Notes: generated from the sequence alone by a model not told the origin. DNA of 64,000 nucleotides from Anaerolineae bacterium (GCA_022843385.1 JALHNT010000013.1:62197-126196), one strand, 5' to 3'. Numbered from the stretch's first letter, positions 38,349-48,326 are shown. Numbers and translations: made by a program.

Positions 38349-40400
38349 TCACCCCGACGCGGTAGGGGTGGGCGGGGTAGGTGAACTGGCGCTGAAGGGC
38401 GCGGGTGTGCCAGCAAAGGCTGGTGCAGGCGTCAGCGTGACCGGGGTGCGCGGTGTAGGGGGCAGCGTGGGCAGCGGTGTCAGCGTCGGCGGTGGGGGCA
38501 GGGTTGGGGTGGGCAGCAGCGGCACATTCAACTCTTTGCGCAGATCAGCCGGATTAAAGCCAGGAGCGCAGGCCATTTGCCCCAGCGATCCCCAGCCGGT
38601 GATGCCGCCCGCCAGTTGCGCCCGCAGCCATTGACCTGTGCTATCCTGGGCATCCACCGTCACGAGCACACCCTGCGGAATGGTTCCAACCACCTGATGC
38701 CGGGCATCCGGGCCGAGGTGCAGCGTCACCGCCGCGCCGGCTGGCTGGCACTGAGGATCGACCACCGGAATATCGAGCGTTCGCGTCGTCGTTTGCCCGG
38801 CCGAGTCCTCGGCGATCAGCGTCAGGCGCAACGGCCCCAGCGCGATCCCGACCACATCGCGCAGTTGTTCCTCTGGACCAAAATCGGTTTGCAGCGGGGC
38901 GCTGCTGAAGCTTTCCAGTCCACTCAAGCGGGTGGTGACGGCACCCGGTGCCTCCCATTCAATTGTCAGGCTTTGCACCACGAAGCGCGTCACTTGAGTC
39001 GGCGTTACAGTGAAACGGATTTCGCTGACCGGCGCATACACCTCGACCATCTGGTTTGCTTCCACCGATTGCCCGGAACCGCTGGCGACCAGCCGCAGCT
39101 CAACCGGGCCTTCTAGACTGCTGGTATCGAGGTTGGCGCTGCCGATGGCGGGATCGAGCGTCGTCAGCGATGCGACATCGTTGATAAACAACTGAAGCCG
39201 ATTGATGTTCAGCCCCGACCAGTTGAGCGTGAGCGGCTGCCCCTGGGCGATGCGGCTGGCGCTGAGGGTGAAGCTGTCGATCTGGGGCGGGCGCGGTTGC
39301 AGCAGCGCCGCAGCGATCAGGGCGATGATGATGAAGCTGACAACTATCAGCGCCGCCAGCGCCCCGGCAGCCCAACCCGGCAGCACGGGAGTCTGTACGT
39401 AATGCCCGCGTGCCACCGTCAGGAAGCGCGCCGCGTTTTGTGAGCGCACCTGCATATCGAAGGTGTGATTGACTGGCTTGCCCAGCAATTTGCGCCGCGC
39501 CGGTTTGACTTCGCCCTGGATGATCTGGCGCGCGCCGGGGGCCAGCGTGACCTGGTTGGCCGAGAGCGTGAAGCGCAGCTTGCCGCTGCGTTCAAAGCCT
39601 GTGATCGAGACAGGCAGCGGGGCGCTACCCTGATTATGGACATAGAGGCGCAGCGGCTGCCCCGCCGTCAGATGGGCTTTTTCCAGCGCCAGTCCGAAAC
39701 CGCTGAACGCCAGAATCCGCACCAGCAGCGTCGCCTCCAGCCGCGCATCCGGGCGTTCTTTCGGCCAGACCCGCACCAACGCCGAGTAATCGCCGGGCGG
39801 GCTATCGCTGCGGCGGGCGGGACGAAAATTGACCAGCACCGTCTCGCTCTGGTTGCTGGCGACCACCACTTCCGGGCGATCAATCCGAATCCACTCTGGT
39901 GGCATTCCGGTCACACTGAGGCGGAAGCGCTGTTCGCCAGGGCTGTTGTTGGTGATGCGGATCTCGGCGGACATGCTGGCACCGGGCGAAAATCCCTGTG
40001 CCGGGCCGATGACATCCAGGCGGAAGGTGGGGGCGATGGCCTCGACGCGGCGGGTGGTGGTGTCGTCTACATATTTGATGGGCTGGGTTGGCTGTTCATC
40101 CAGCCGGTGAAAGATGAGGCGCAGATCGCCGATGGTAATCTCGCTGCCATCTTCCAGCAGACGGGGCTGGTTCACTCCCATGCGCTCACCATCGATGAAG
40201 CTGCCATTGGCCGATTCGAGATCGGTCACCTGTACATCGCGCCCGTCGTGCTGAATGCTCAGGTGATAGCGTGAGATGGCGTTGGTCTCCAGCACAATCG
40301 TATTGCCGGTGGAACGACCAATAGAGATGGTGTTATCGACCAGGGCAAAGGTCTTAAATTGCCCATCCGGCCAGAAGACATCCAGCCGCCCATACGCCAT
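38349..40400 (-). CDS. Membrane-anchored FHA-domain protein with an extracellular SH3 domain
   Basis: FHA motifs IGRS, ISRYH, DLESANG, then Ig-like domains, one TM, an SH3b segment (LHLGP..WLR..GITGW) and a Pro/Thr tail. Confidence 0.85.
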   Translation of the reverse strand: MAYGRLDVFWPDGQFKTFALVDNTISIGRSTGNTIVLETNAISRYHLSIQHDGRDVQVTDLESANGSFIDGERMGVNQPRLLEDGSEITIGDLRLIFHRLDEQPTQPIKYVDDTTTRRVEAIAPTFRLDVIGPAQGFSPGASMSAEIRITNNSPGEQRFRLSVTGMPPEWIRIDRPEVVVASNQSETVLVNFRPARRSDSPPGDYSALVRVWPKERPDARLEATLLVRILAFSGFGLALEKAHLTAGQPLRLYVHNQGSAPLPVSITGFERSGKLRFTLSANQVTLAPGARQIIQGEVKPARRKLLGKPVNHTFDMQVRSQNAARFLTVARGHYVQTPVLPGWAAGALAALIVVSFIIIALIAAALLQPRPPQIDSFTLSASRIAQGQPLTLNWSGLNINRLQLFINDVASLTTLDPAIGSANLDTSSLEGPVELRLVASGSGQSVEANQMVEVYAPVSEIRFTVTPTQVTRFVVQSLTIEWEAPGAVTTRLSGLESFSSAPLQTDFGPEEQLRDVVGIALGPLRLTLIAEDSAGQTTTRTLDIPVVDPQCQPAGAAVTLHLGPDARHQVVGTIPQGVLVTVDAQDSTGQWLRAQLAGGITGWGSLGQMACAPGFNPADLRKELNVPLLPTPTLPPPPTLTPLPTLPPTPRTPVTLTPAPAFAGTPAPFSASSPTPPTPTASG

Positions 40401-40850
40401 AACGCTTCCCCGCTGCTATACCGGTTCAATGCCTCCATTGTAGCTTGACTGGCGCGCGCGGCAAATTGGCGATCTGTGGCGGTTGCCCACCGTTCACCCG
40501 ACGCTCAGGCAGTCGATAGTCATCAGAAACCTTTACAACCGGGCAGCCAAAAAGAAGATCTGACCACAGAGAGCAAGTGGAGCGAGTATTCGTAAAATTC
40601 TGCAACTATAAAAGTTCCTTTTTTGCAGTTTATGAATCAGTCATCAGATTAGCCCAAGAGAAAATGATGCACAAAAGCCGCCGAAGCCAGAAGTAATTGC
40701 TATGACAGATTGCTTTCAGAGTTCAATCTGAGGACTGTCAACTGCCAACTGGGTGTTAAGGGTGCAAGTTCGGTGTCACCCAAAAGTCATGTGTAACATC
40801 TGGCGCGCCCCTCCGTTGTAATGGGTGTACAGCAATCATCATGGAGGGTT

Positions 40851-41720
40851 ATGATGAAACGAACGGGATCCTATCTGATATTGGCACTGGCGGCAGTTGC
40901 CATCCTGCTGGTCGGCAGCGTTGGGCTGCGGGCGCAGGATGATAACACCATCACCATCACCGGTACGCTGGATGCCATCACCGCCAACAACACCATCATC
41001 GTGAATGGAGCCAGTTACAACATGGGGCAGGGCGTCGCCCTGCCGTCTTCAACGCTGCTGGGGGTGAACATCACCATCACGGGCCGGCGCGATCCAGCGA
41101 CTCAGGCGGTTGTGGTCATCTCGATCACCATCACCACTGGCGCGACACCCACTCCTTCAGCGACAGCCGAAGGTACGGCGGAAGCAACCCCGGAAAGCAC
41201 AGCCGAGTCAACAGCGGAGAGTACACCGGAAGCCACGCCTGAAAGTACCGCGCAGCCCACGCCTGAAATGACTCCATCCGATGATGATACACTGGAAATC
41301 ACTATCATCATCGAAGGGCCGGTGCAGGAAATCAACATCAACATCATCACCATCTACGACATCGACATCGAACTGCGCGTTGATGATCCGCTGCTGGTGG
41401 TAATTCAGATCGGCGACATCGTCCGCGTCGAGGGCAATGCCCAGGATCGGGGCGGCGTAGTGATTATCATTGCCGTCAATGTCGCGGTCATCAATGTCGA
41501 TATCAACATCGCTACCGGCGAAATCTGGCGCGATGACAATGCTACCTGTGCTAACCCACCGCCCGATTGGGCCCCGGCCAACGGCTGGCGGCGGCGCTGC
41601 GAGTCGAATAATGGTGGCGGCAGCATCACCATCACCATTGGCGGTGGAGGGGACAGCGGTGGGAGCGATGATGACGGCATGGGCATGGGGATGGGCATGG
41701 GCATGGGTGACGACGATTAA
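40851..41720 (+). CDS. Secreted DUF5666-like (OB-fold) protein with a Gly-Met tail
   Basis: GGAGG SD, signal peptide, two ITG/IEG.V..I...VNG..GD.VRVEG modules, and a C-terminal GMGMGMGMGMGDDD. Confidence 0.7.
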   Translation: MMKRTGSYLILALAAVAILLVGSVGLRAQDDNTITITGTLDAITANNTIIVNGASYNMGQGVALPSSTLLGVNITITGRRDPATQAVVVISITITTGATPTPSATAEGTAEATPESTAESTAESTPEATPESTAQPTPEMTPSDDDTLEITIIIEGPVQEININIITIYDIDIELRVDDPLLVVIQIGDIVRVEGNAQDRGGVVIIIAVNVAVINVDINIATGEIWRDDNATCANPPPDWAPANGWRRRCESNNGGGSITITIGGGGDSGGSDDDGMGMGMGMGMGDDD

Positions 41721-41830
41721 CTCGCCCGCTGGATGAAACGGTAAATTTGAGCTTTCTCTCTTGTCGTCCCCGACTGCTTTCCTCCTGGATTGCCGGGGGC
41801 GACCCTGTTGTACAATGGGGTGCGGACCCC

Positions 41831-41857
41831 GTAAGGGCATGTCAATCATGCCCTTAC
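41831..41857. repeat. REP-like perfect palindrome
   Basis: GTAAGGGCATG-TCAAT-CATGCCCTTAC (11-bp stem). Confidence 0.65.
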
Positions 41858-42096
41858 AACAACGAGTTTTAATCTCTACACAATTGACCGTGTGGGATTG
41901 CAACCCGGTGTCTGCCAGAGAGGGGTTATCCCTCGGTTGGCAAGAGACGGAAAGCCTACTCAAGGGGCTGCATTTCAGGATGTCTTTTCCAGTGTCTTTA
42001 GTCCGCTTACCGGATTTCCGTTAGCTTGGCGGCTTTAGCCCCAGCAGTATCATCGGCATCCGAATTGAGCGGTTGGTCACTGGTGAAAGTGGAGAT

Positions 42097-43602
42097 ATGA
42101 ATCAAACGCTGACTGTTCCCCGGTTGGGTACACTGGCGCTGCCCCGCCTGCGGCCATCGTGGGTCGTCGTCTTTCTGGGCGGAATCAACCTGATCCTGAT
42201 CCAGTGGGTGCTGGCGCGCGAGTTGACAGCGCTGTTGCTTGGCACCGAGCTGATCGTGCTGCTGGTGAGTGTGTCGTATTTCGCCGGGTTGTCGTTGGGC
42301 TACGCGCTGGGCGGACGGGTCAACCGGCGCTGGCTGCCGCTGGCGGGGGTGCTGCTGCTCATCCTGCACCTGACGCTGCCGATCTGGTTCCGGTTGCTGG
42401 TGGCCTGGCTGGCAGAACGGGAAGCCTACGAACTGGCCTTCATCGGGCTGCCGCTGCTCACGCCGTTTGTCGTCTCCAGCTTTTACAGCCTGTTCCTGCC
42501 GCTGTATGCCGATCATGGCGATGACGCGCTGCCCACGCTCTACGGGCTGGAGGTGCTGGGGTCGGCCTGTGGGGTGCTGGCGCTGGTGGCGCTGGGTGGC
42601 ATCGGCCTGCAAGCGGTGTACACCGTCTATGGACTGGCCCTGCTGCTCATGCTACTGGCGCTTGGGATGCGCCCGGCGCGGGTGCTGCTGCTGTTGATCG
42701 CGGTTGTGGCCTGGCTGATCCTGCTGCCGAACGTCTCTGGCTGGAGCAACGCTCGCTGGTATGAGACGCTGCAAGGACTGCCCCCCGGCACGACCACGCT
42801 GTACACAGCCTACAGCCCGTATCAGAAAGTCGATGTGCTGGAGACGCCGGATGGTCAGCGCTACCTGTATCTCGATGGATTGAGTCACTTCGGCAGCCCG
42901 GATGGCGAGCGGCTGAATGTGGTGATGGGACAGATTCCAGCGCAGTTGATCCAGCCAGAGACCGCGCTGGTCTTCGGTGCCGGGTCGATGCAGATGGAAG
43001 CGCTGATCGCCGACCATGCCGGGGATGTGCTGACGGTTGAACTCGATCCACTGGTGGTCGAAGCCAGCCAGCGCTACCTGCTGCCGTTCAATCGTATGGA
43101 CACGCTGACCAATCGCCGTGTCATCCTGGATGATGCCAAGCATTTCATCGCCAACAGCCGCGAGAGCTATGACCTGATCGCCACCGATCTGCCAGCTGCA
43201 TACAGTATGCAGACGGCGACGCTGTATTCCGCCCCGTTTTTTGAACAGGTGGCGCAGCGTCTCAGTCCGAATGGGGTGTTCTCGGTCAATCTGACTAGCG
43301 TCTTCGGACGTGATGACTGGGTGTCGCGGCGCATCACAGCTGGACTGTTGCAGCAGTTTGATGAGGTGATGGTCGTCACGCCGCAGTCGGTGGGGTGGAG
43401 CTTTGCCTATGCCGGCAGTCCGCTGCCCTTCAGCCGCGCTCAGGTGGAAGATGCCCTGCGCCAGAGTGGGGAAGCACAATTTGTGATTTATGAGACGCCA
43501 GCCGTGCGTGTATTCGTGGGTGATGCCCCGCCGATCACGCTCGACAGCCTGGATATTGCCCTGCATGTCAGCCTCGACTGGGTGCGGGGACGATTGGAGT
43601 GA
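42097..43602 (+). CDS. Membrane-fused spermidine-synthase-like SAM-dependent transferase
   Basis: About 7 N-terminal TMs (ARELT.LLG), then SPYQKVDV, LYLDG, FGAGS, VELDP, DDAKHFI and YDLIATD. Confidence 0.78.
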   Translation: MNQTLTVPRLGTLALPRLRPSWVVVFLGGINLILIQWVLARELTALLLGTELIVLLVSVSYFAGLSLGYALGGRVNRRWLPLAGVLLLILHLTLPIWFRLLVAWLAEREAYELAFIGLPLLTPFVVSSFYSLFLPLYADHGDDALPTLYGLEVLGSACGVLALVALGGIGLQAVYTVYGLALLLMLLALGMRPARVLLLLIAVVAWLILLPNVSGWSNARWYETLQGLPPGTTTLYTAYSPYQKVDVLETPDGQRYLYLDGLSHFGSPDGERLNVVMGQIPAQLIQPETALVFGAGSMQMEALIADHAGDVLTVELDPLVVEASQRYLLPFNRMDTLTNRRVILDDAKHFIANSRESYDLIATDLPAAYSMQTATLYSAPFFEQVAQRLSPNGVFSVNLTSVFGRDDWVSRRITAGLLQQFDEVMVVTPQSVGWSFAYAGSPLPFSRAQVEDALRQSGEAQFVIYETPAVRVFVGDAPPITLDSLDIALHVSLDWVRGRLE

Positions 43603-43608
43603 TGAGCC

Positions 43609-44148
43609 ATGACGACGATGGATATGCCACGCCCGATTTCCCGCATTCCCCATCTGCTGCTGGTGGGAATGCTGCTGGGCGTGCTGCAAACAGGTCTGTT
43701 CTTTCAGTTGTCCTTCACTCTCAGTTCGACCTTCGGCACATTCCTGCTCATCACGCTGTGCTGGCTGGCGGGCAGTGCGCTGGGGGTGATGGGTGTGGCG
43801 CGGGCGACCATCGCCACTGAAGTCTGGCTGCTGCTGGCGCTGGTGGCCTACGCCATCTCTCTGCTGCTGGCACAGGCGGCTCCGTTTAATACCGCCCTGT
43901 GGCCGCTGTATGGGGCGCTCATCGTCCTCGGCGGCCTGTATCCGGGTGTGTTCTTCGCTCGCTATTCGCGTCACAGCCGCGCCGGTACCATGCTGCTGTG
44001 GGAAAACAACGGCTTCATCATCGGGCTGGTTGGCCTGACGCTGCTGTTCATGCTGTTGGGGCGCGGCGTGTTGTGGTTGTCTCCAGCCTTGCTGGCGCTG
44101 CTGGTGCTGTTCACCCGTCCGCTTCACGCTGTGCCTCAGCAGGGTTGA
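43609..44148 (+). CDS. Multi-pass membrane protein (~6 TM)
   Basis: Hydrophobic throughout, with GSALG, GLYPG and WENNGF motifs. Starts 6 nt after the previous gene. Confidence 0.72.
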   Translation: MTTMDMPRPISRIPHLLLVGMLLGVLQTGLFFQLSFTLSSTFGTFLLITLCWLAGSALGVMGVARATIATEVWLLLALVAYAISLLLAQAAPFNTALWPLYGALIVLGGLYPGVFFARYSRHSRAGTMLLWENNGFIIGLVGLTLLFMLLGRGVLWLSPALLALLVLFTRPLHAVPQQG

Positions 44149-44223
44149 ACGACTCAAAGGTCGATTTCTCGCTCGCATGTTACAATGCCACAAGAGCTTG
44201 ACTGTCATGAGGAACTGAGACCT

Positions 44224-45240
44224 GTGATTGAGACACCCCGCCTCTCTCATCCGCCGACACCCGACTGGAAAGCCCTCCTGGCGATAGGGGTTGGGGCGAT
44301 CATCTTTGCCGCGTTGTTGGGGCAGATTCGCTTTCTGGGACATGACTGGGCTGCTTATTTCGCCCGTCAGGACAGCGGATTTGTTATTCAACGTCCGAAT
44401 CCGTCATATCCGCCCTGGGTGTTGAACGTCATTTTGCGTCCGTTAACCGAGTTGCCACCCTACACCGGCCTAGCAATCCTGAATGGCCTCACCTTAGCAG
44501 CCCTGACGGTTCTCACTTTCCGTTATGCCCGCTTCCGTTTCCCCGAACAGCCTGCACCGGCATATGCCGGTGTGCTGCTGGTGATCCTCAGCCCGCTGCC
44601 CTGGGCCACCCTGTGGTTGGGGCAGGTGGATGTGATGCTGTTGTTGGGGCTGGTGAGCATGCCGTTCGGTGTGCCTTTGCTGCTGGGTAAACTCCATACC
44701 GGCGTTTGGGCCGGATTGGCATCGCGCCGCGACTTCCTGTGGTGCGCTGCCTGGGGAGTGCTTTCGATCCTCATCTGGGGTTTCTGGCCGCTGCCGATCC
44801 TGACCCAGACAACCGATCTGGTTCTGTCGCATCCGATCACCATGGGCTGGCGGGCGCTTTCGCCGGCGCTGGCGCTGCTGGGTGCGATCCTGTTGCTGTT
44901 GACTGATCGCGACCCTTTACGGCTGATCGCAGCAGGGTCGTTCATTTCACCCTACATGATGCCTTATCACTATCTGGTGCTGCTGCCGGCGCTGGGGAAA
45001 ACCTATGGCTGGCGGCAGGTCTTGCTCTGGGCGACAAGCTGGATATTCGTGGCGGTGATGGGCATCGCCACCCCGGAAACCAAGTGGCTGTCGCTCAGTT
45101 TCCCGTTGCTCGTCTGGATATTCCTGGCACCCCGTCTGGCGCTTCGACCGCTGCTCCAAGACCCGGACTTGCTCATCAACCGCCTTTGGCGCACAGCTCG
45201 ACAGGTTCTGGGTGGGTGGCAGTCCATAGCTCGCCGCTGA
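44224..45240 (+). CDS. Polytopic membrane protein, GT-C/GT87-like
   Basis: TM followed by HDW..YF and YPPW, GQ.D, GK and PY...Y..L.LLP, a pattern resembling GT87. GTG start after GAGGA. Confidence 0.55.
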   Translation: MIETPRLSHPPTPDWKALLAIGVGAIIFAALLGQIRFLGHDWAAYFARQDSGFVIQRPNPSYPPWVLNVILRPLTELPPYTGLAILNGLTLAALTVLTFRYARFRFPEQPAPAYAGVLLVILSPLPWATLWLGQVDVMLLLGLVSMPFGVPLLLGKLHTGVWAGLASRRDFLWCAAWGVLSILIWGFWPLPILTQTTDLVLSHPITMGWRALSPALALLGAILLLLTDRDPLRLIAAGSFISPYMMPYHYLVLLPALGKTYGWRQVLLWATSWIFVAVMGIATPETKWLSLSFPLLVWIFLAPRLALRPLLQDPDLLINRLWRTARQVLGGWQSIARR

Positions 45241-45351
45241 TGTCTGCTACGGTTGACACGACTCCCCCCCATGTTATAATGCCCTGCGAGGTCATGAAGG
45301 CCGTAAAGGGCATGTGACCGGCTGTTTAACAGGGATATGGGGAACTTCGCC

Positions 45352-47145
45352 ATGCGAAAAACAGGGATTGCGGCGCTGGTCATCTTGCTGACGCTGATCT
45401 TGGGTATAGGCGCAGCACAGGCGCAGGATAATCTTCTGCGGAACGGTGGATTGGAAGAAGGCTCGTTTGGTCAGTATACCGGGCGCCGCGGCGGGGATAA
45501 GCCGATTTACCTGCCTGAAGGTTGGAATTACTGGTTTGCCGGGCAAACTGGTGAGTTCAACAACCGTGGTGACAAGGCGACAATTCAACCCCATCCTGGT
45601 CCCGGCCCTTCTCCCCAGGAAGGGACCCGCGCTATGAATATCAATTGTGATTTTGTCAGTTGTACCGCCTCTGTCTTTCAGACCGTCAACAATCTGGTGG
45701 CCGGCAGCAATTATTCTGCCTCGGCCTGGTCACAGGTTAAAGCTTGTAATCGAGGTGGTGCTGAGTCATGTGGATCAGCGCGTGAATCCGGCTCACAAAC
45801 GCGCATCGGCCTTGACCCAACGGGTGGCAGCGACCCCAATAATCCGGCCATTGTTTGGTCAGCCTACGTCCAGCCACATGACCAGTGGTTGCAACAGAGC
45901 GTAAGCGCCACCGCGACTGGTACTGTGCTGACTGTTTTTCTCTACTCGACCCAATCGGCCTTCGCTGATCTGAACCGAACCTACTGGGATGATGTCCGGC
46001 TGACCGGAGGGGGATCTGGCGGGGCTGCTGCTCCGGTTGGAACCGTCGTTGTGCCAACACCCATCCCAACAGCACCGCCGGTGGCTGCATTTGTCGTGCC
46101 ACAGGCCGCCCAGCCGGATGGCTCGATTGTCCACACAGTCCAGTCGGGCGATACGCTGGCGAGCATCGCTTTCGCCTATGGAACCACCCGTCAAGATTTG
46201 CTGGCGCTGAATAACCTGCAATCCGCCAACTTCATCTTCCCCGGTCAAAAGCTGTTGATCAAGCCGGCGCCGACAGCTACCCCTGTCACGCCAACAGTGC
46301 CGCCCACGGCGACGCCGACGACTGCGCCGACCAATACTCCGGCTGCGGTGGCAGCAACCAACACTCGCCCCCCGGCTACCGCTGCGCCAACCAACACACG
46401 AGTGCGACCAACCAGCGCGCTACCCACTGTCGCACCGACCACTAGCAGTGGTCAGGCTGTCGCACCAACCAATGCTCCGGCAGTAGCGCAGGCTTCTACG
46501 GATATTCCTACCGATGTCCCGCCACCGACGGATGCCCTGCCCACCGATGTCCCGCCTACCGGCGTACCAACCGAGGTGCCAGCTACTCCGACTGAAACAT
46601 TGGTACCGCCCACGGCTCCGGTGCAGGTGGCGGATGCCGGTGGAGTTGACCCGGCGGCTCGCACTGCCAGCGTGTGCGTTATCCTGTTCGACGACGCTAA
46701 TCAGAATCGCTTGCAGGAACAGGGCGAAGCCTTGCTAAAAGATGGCACGATCCGATTGCTTCAGGGGAGCGAAGAGGCCGGTGCCTATCAGACGGATGGC
46801 ACTTCCGAGCCGCACTGTTTCAGTGGGCTGGCAAGCGGCGATTATGTGGCAGCCGCCAGTGCGCCGGGCGGTTATGGACTGACAACGCCCGACCAACTGC
46901 GGGTGCGCCTCAATCCCGGCTCACAGATCAATCTGACCTTTGGTGCCGCTTCGGGGGTGCAGCCAGCACAGCCACCCCCTGCCAGTTCCGGGCCACTGGT
47001 GAGCGAGAATGCACCACAAGTGGCAGCGCAACCACCATCCGTGTTGGATCAGATCATGGCGGTCAGTGGATTCATTGTGCTGGGATTGGCTGGTCTTGTG
47101 TTGATCGGCGGAATTGGTCTCGCGCTGCTCCTGCGTCGACGCTAG
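45352..47145 (+). CDS. LysM-domain surface protein with a CBM-like N-domain, an SdrD-B-like domain and a C-terminal TM anchor
   Basis: NLLRNGGLE..YWDDVRL, LysM HTVQSGDTLASIA..IFPGQKLLI, a Pro/Thr linker, LFDDANQN..Q.QGE, and a TM followed by RRR. Confidence 0.85.
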   Translation: MRKTGIAALVILLTLILGIGAAQAQDNLLRNGGLEEGSFGQYTGRRGGDKPIYLPEGWNYWFAGQTGEFNNRGDKATIQPHPGPGPSPQEGTRAMNINCDFVSCTASVFQTVNNLVAGSNYSASAWSQVKACNRGGAESCGSARESGSQTRIGLDPTGGSDPNNPAIVWSAYVQPHDQWLQQSVSATATGTVLTVFLYSTQSAFADLNRTYWDDVRLTGGGSGGAAAPVGTVVVPTPIPTAPPVAAFVVPQAAQPDGSIVHTVQSGDTLASIAFAYGTTRQDLLALNNLQSANFIFPGQKLLIKPAPTATPVTPTVPPTATPTTAPTNTPAAVAATNTRPPATAAPTNTRVRPTSALPTVAPTTSSGQAVAPTNAPAVAQASTDIPTDVPPPTDALPTDVPPTGVPTEVPATPTETLVPPTAPVQVADAGGVDPAARTASVCVILFDDANQNRLQEQGEALLKDGTIRLLQGSEEAGAYQTDGTSEPHCFSGLASGDYVAAASAPGGYGLTTPDQLRVRLNPGSQINLTFGAASGVQPAQPPPASSGPLVSENAPQVAAQPPSVLDQIMAVSGFIVLGLAGLVLIGGIGLALLLRRR

Positions 47146-47148
47146 GAA

Positions 47149-47796
47149 ATGACGATGATGCGAACACAAGCGTGGTGGATAGTTGGCCTGATAATGCTGC
47201 TCACGAGCGGGCTAACCGCAGCCCAGAGCGGCGGACAGTTTTGCGTCCGCGCCTTTGAAGACCTGAATCGCAATGGCCTGCGCGATCCTGAAGAACGGCT
47301 GTTGACGCGCGGCATCAGCGCCAATCTGCTTGATGTGCAGAATGTCACGGTGGGCAGTGCTGTGCTGGATCAATCACCCACGGCCAGCGAAGGCGTGATC
47401 TGCTTCACCGGACTGCCCGATGGACAGTACACCATCACTATCACCAGCCTCGATTTCGAGTCGACCACGCCAACCTCGATGACGACCAGTATCAGCGGCG
47501 CTGATCTGCCAACTGTAATGGAATTCGGCGCTGTCACGGCGCTGATCCCCACGCCAACGGCTGCTCCGCCCGCCACCACCATCGGCGGGCTGACACGCGA
47601 TGAGCTGGTGCGGTTGCTGGTGGCGGCGTTGGGTGGGTTGATCGTCATCGGTGGGATGGGTCTGCTGGGCGTTATGGTCTACCTGATTGCCTTCCCGCGC
47701 CGTCGCAAAGTCGCGGCTGATGCCCGCCGGGCAACGACTACTGGCTCGACCCCGGCAGTACGGCAGACCGATACCGGAAACTGGCCCAAAGTCTGA
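47149..47796 (+). CDS. SdrD-B-like domain membrane-anchored protein
   Basis: Signal peptide, FEDLNRNGLRDPEE..F.GL..G.Y, TM and a basic tail. Confidence 0.75.
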   Translation: MTMMRTQAWWIVGLIMLLTSGLTAAQSGGQFCVRAFEDLNRNGLRDPEERLLTRGISANLLDVQNVTVGSAVLDQSPTASEGVICFTGLPDGQYTITITSLDFESTTPTSMTTSISGADLPTVMEFGAVTALIPTPTAAPPATTIGGLTRDELVRLLVAALGGLIVIGGMGLLGVMVYLIAFPRRRKVAADARRATTTGSTPAVRQTDTGNWPKV

Positions 47797-47802
47797 TGTT
47801 TG

Positions 47803-48326
47803 ATGGACACCACAATTCGCGATGCGCTGGTTGGGGGTGATCCGCATTTGCTGGGACGGACTGAGGAACTCGTCCTATGGGTGTTGAACGATCAGGCGCG
47901 GCTTCCCGAACTATTTGAGATCCTGTTTGATGCCAACGAAATCGTACGCATGCGGGTATACACGATGCCCTGGAAAAAGTGGCTCGTCAGCGATCTGATG
48001 GGTTTGTCCCTTACGTCGAAAGTCTCCTGACCGAAATTGTGGACATTCGGCAGTATTCGGTACAGCGGCATCAGGCGCAGATGCTCAGTGACATTACCGT
48101 GACACCCGATCAGCAGCGGCACGCCACCATGCTTCTGAAAGTTACTCTCAATGTGTATGACGAGTGGATTGTGATCAATCTAACGCTGAGATCATTGGCA
48201 ACTCTAGCTCAGCGCGATGATCGACTGCGACAGGAACTGCCCGAAATCCGCCAGATGTATGCCCAAGATGTTTGGAAATCGGTTGTCCGGCGCGCCAGCA
48301 GACTGCTGCGGGAGATGGGCAGATAG
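47803..48326 (+). pseudogene. Frameshifted HEAT-like helical protein
   Basis: Frame 1 reads ...EIVRMR and a second frame continues HDALEKVARQ...VVRRASRLL. The shift is at about 47956-47960 (gtatacac). Confidence 0.65.

Noticed and set aside
40640-40750. Possible c-di-GMP-I riboswitch
   Set aside because: Only loose AAAGCC and TATGACAG resemblance. The GNRA-capped P1 and GCAAA elements could not be found.
41761-42024. 87-aa ORF in the structured intergenic region
   Set aside because: No SD or recognisable motifs, and it runs through palindromic DNA, so it is more likely non-coding.
42652-44391. 579-aa minus-strand ORF
   Set aside because: Its Q/H/R-rich composition mirrors the Leu/Val-rich membrane genes on the plus strand.
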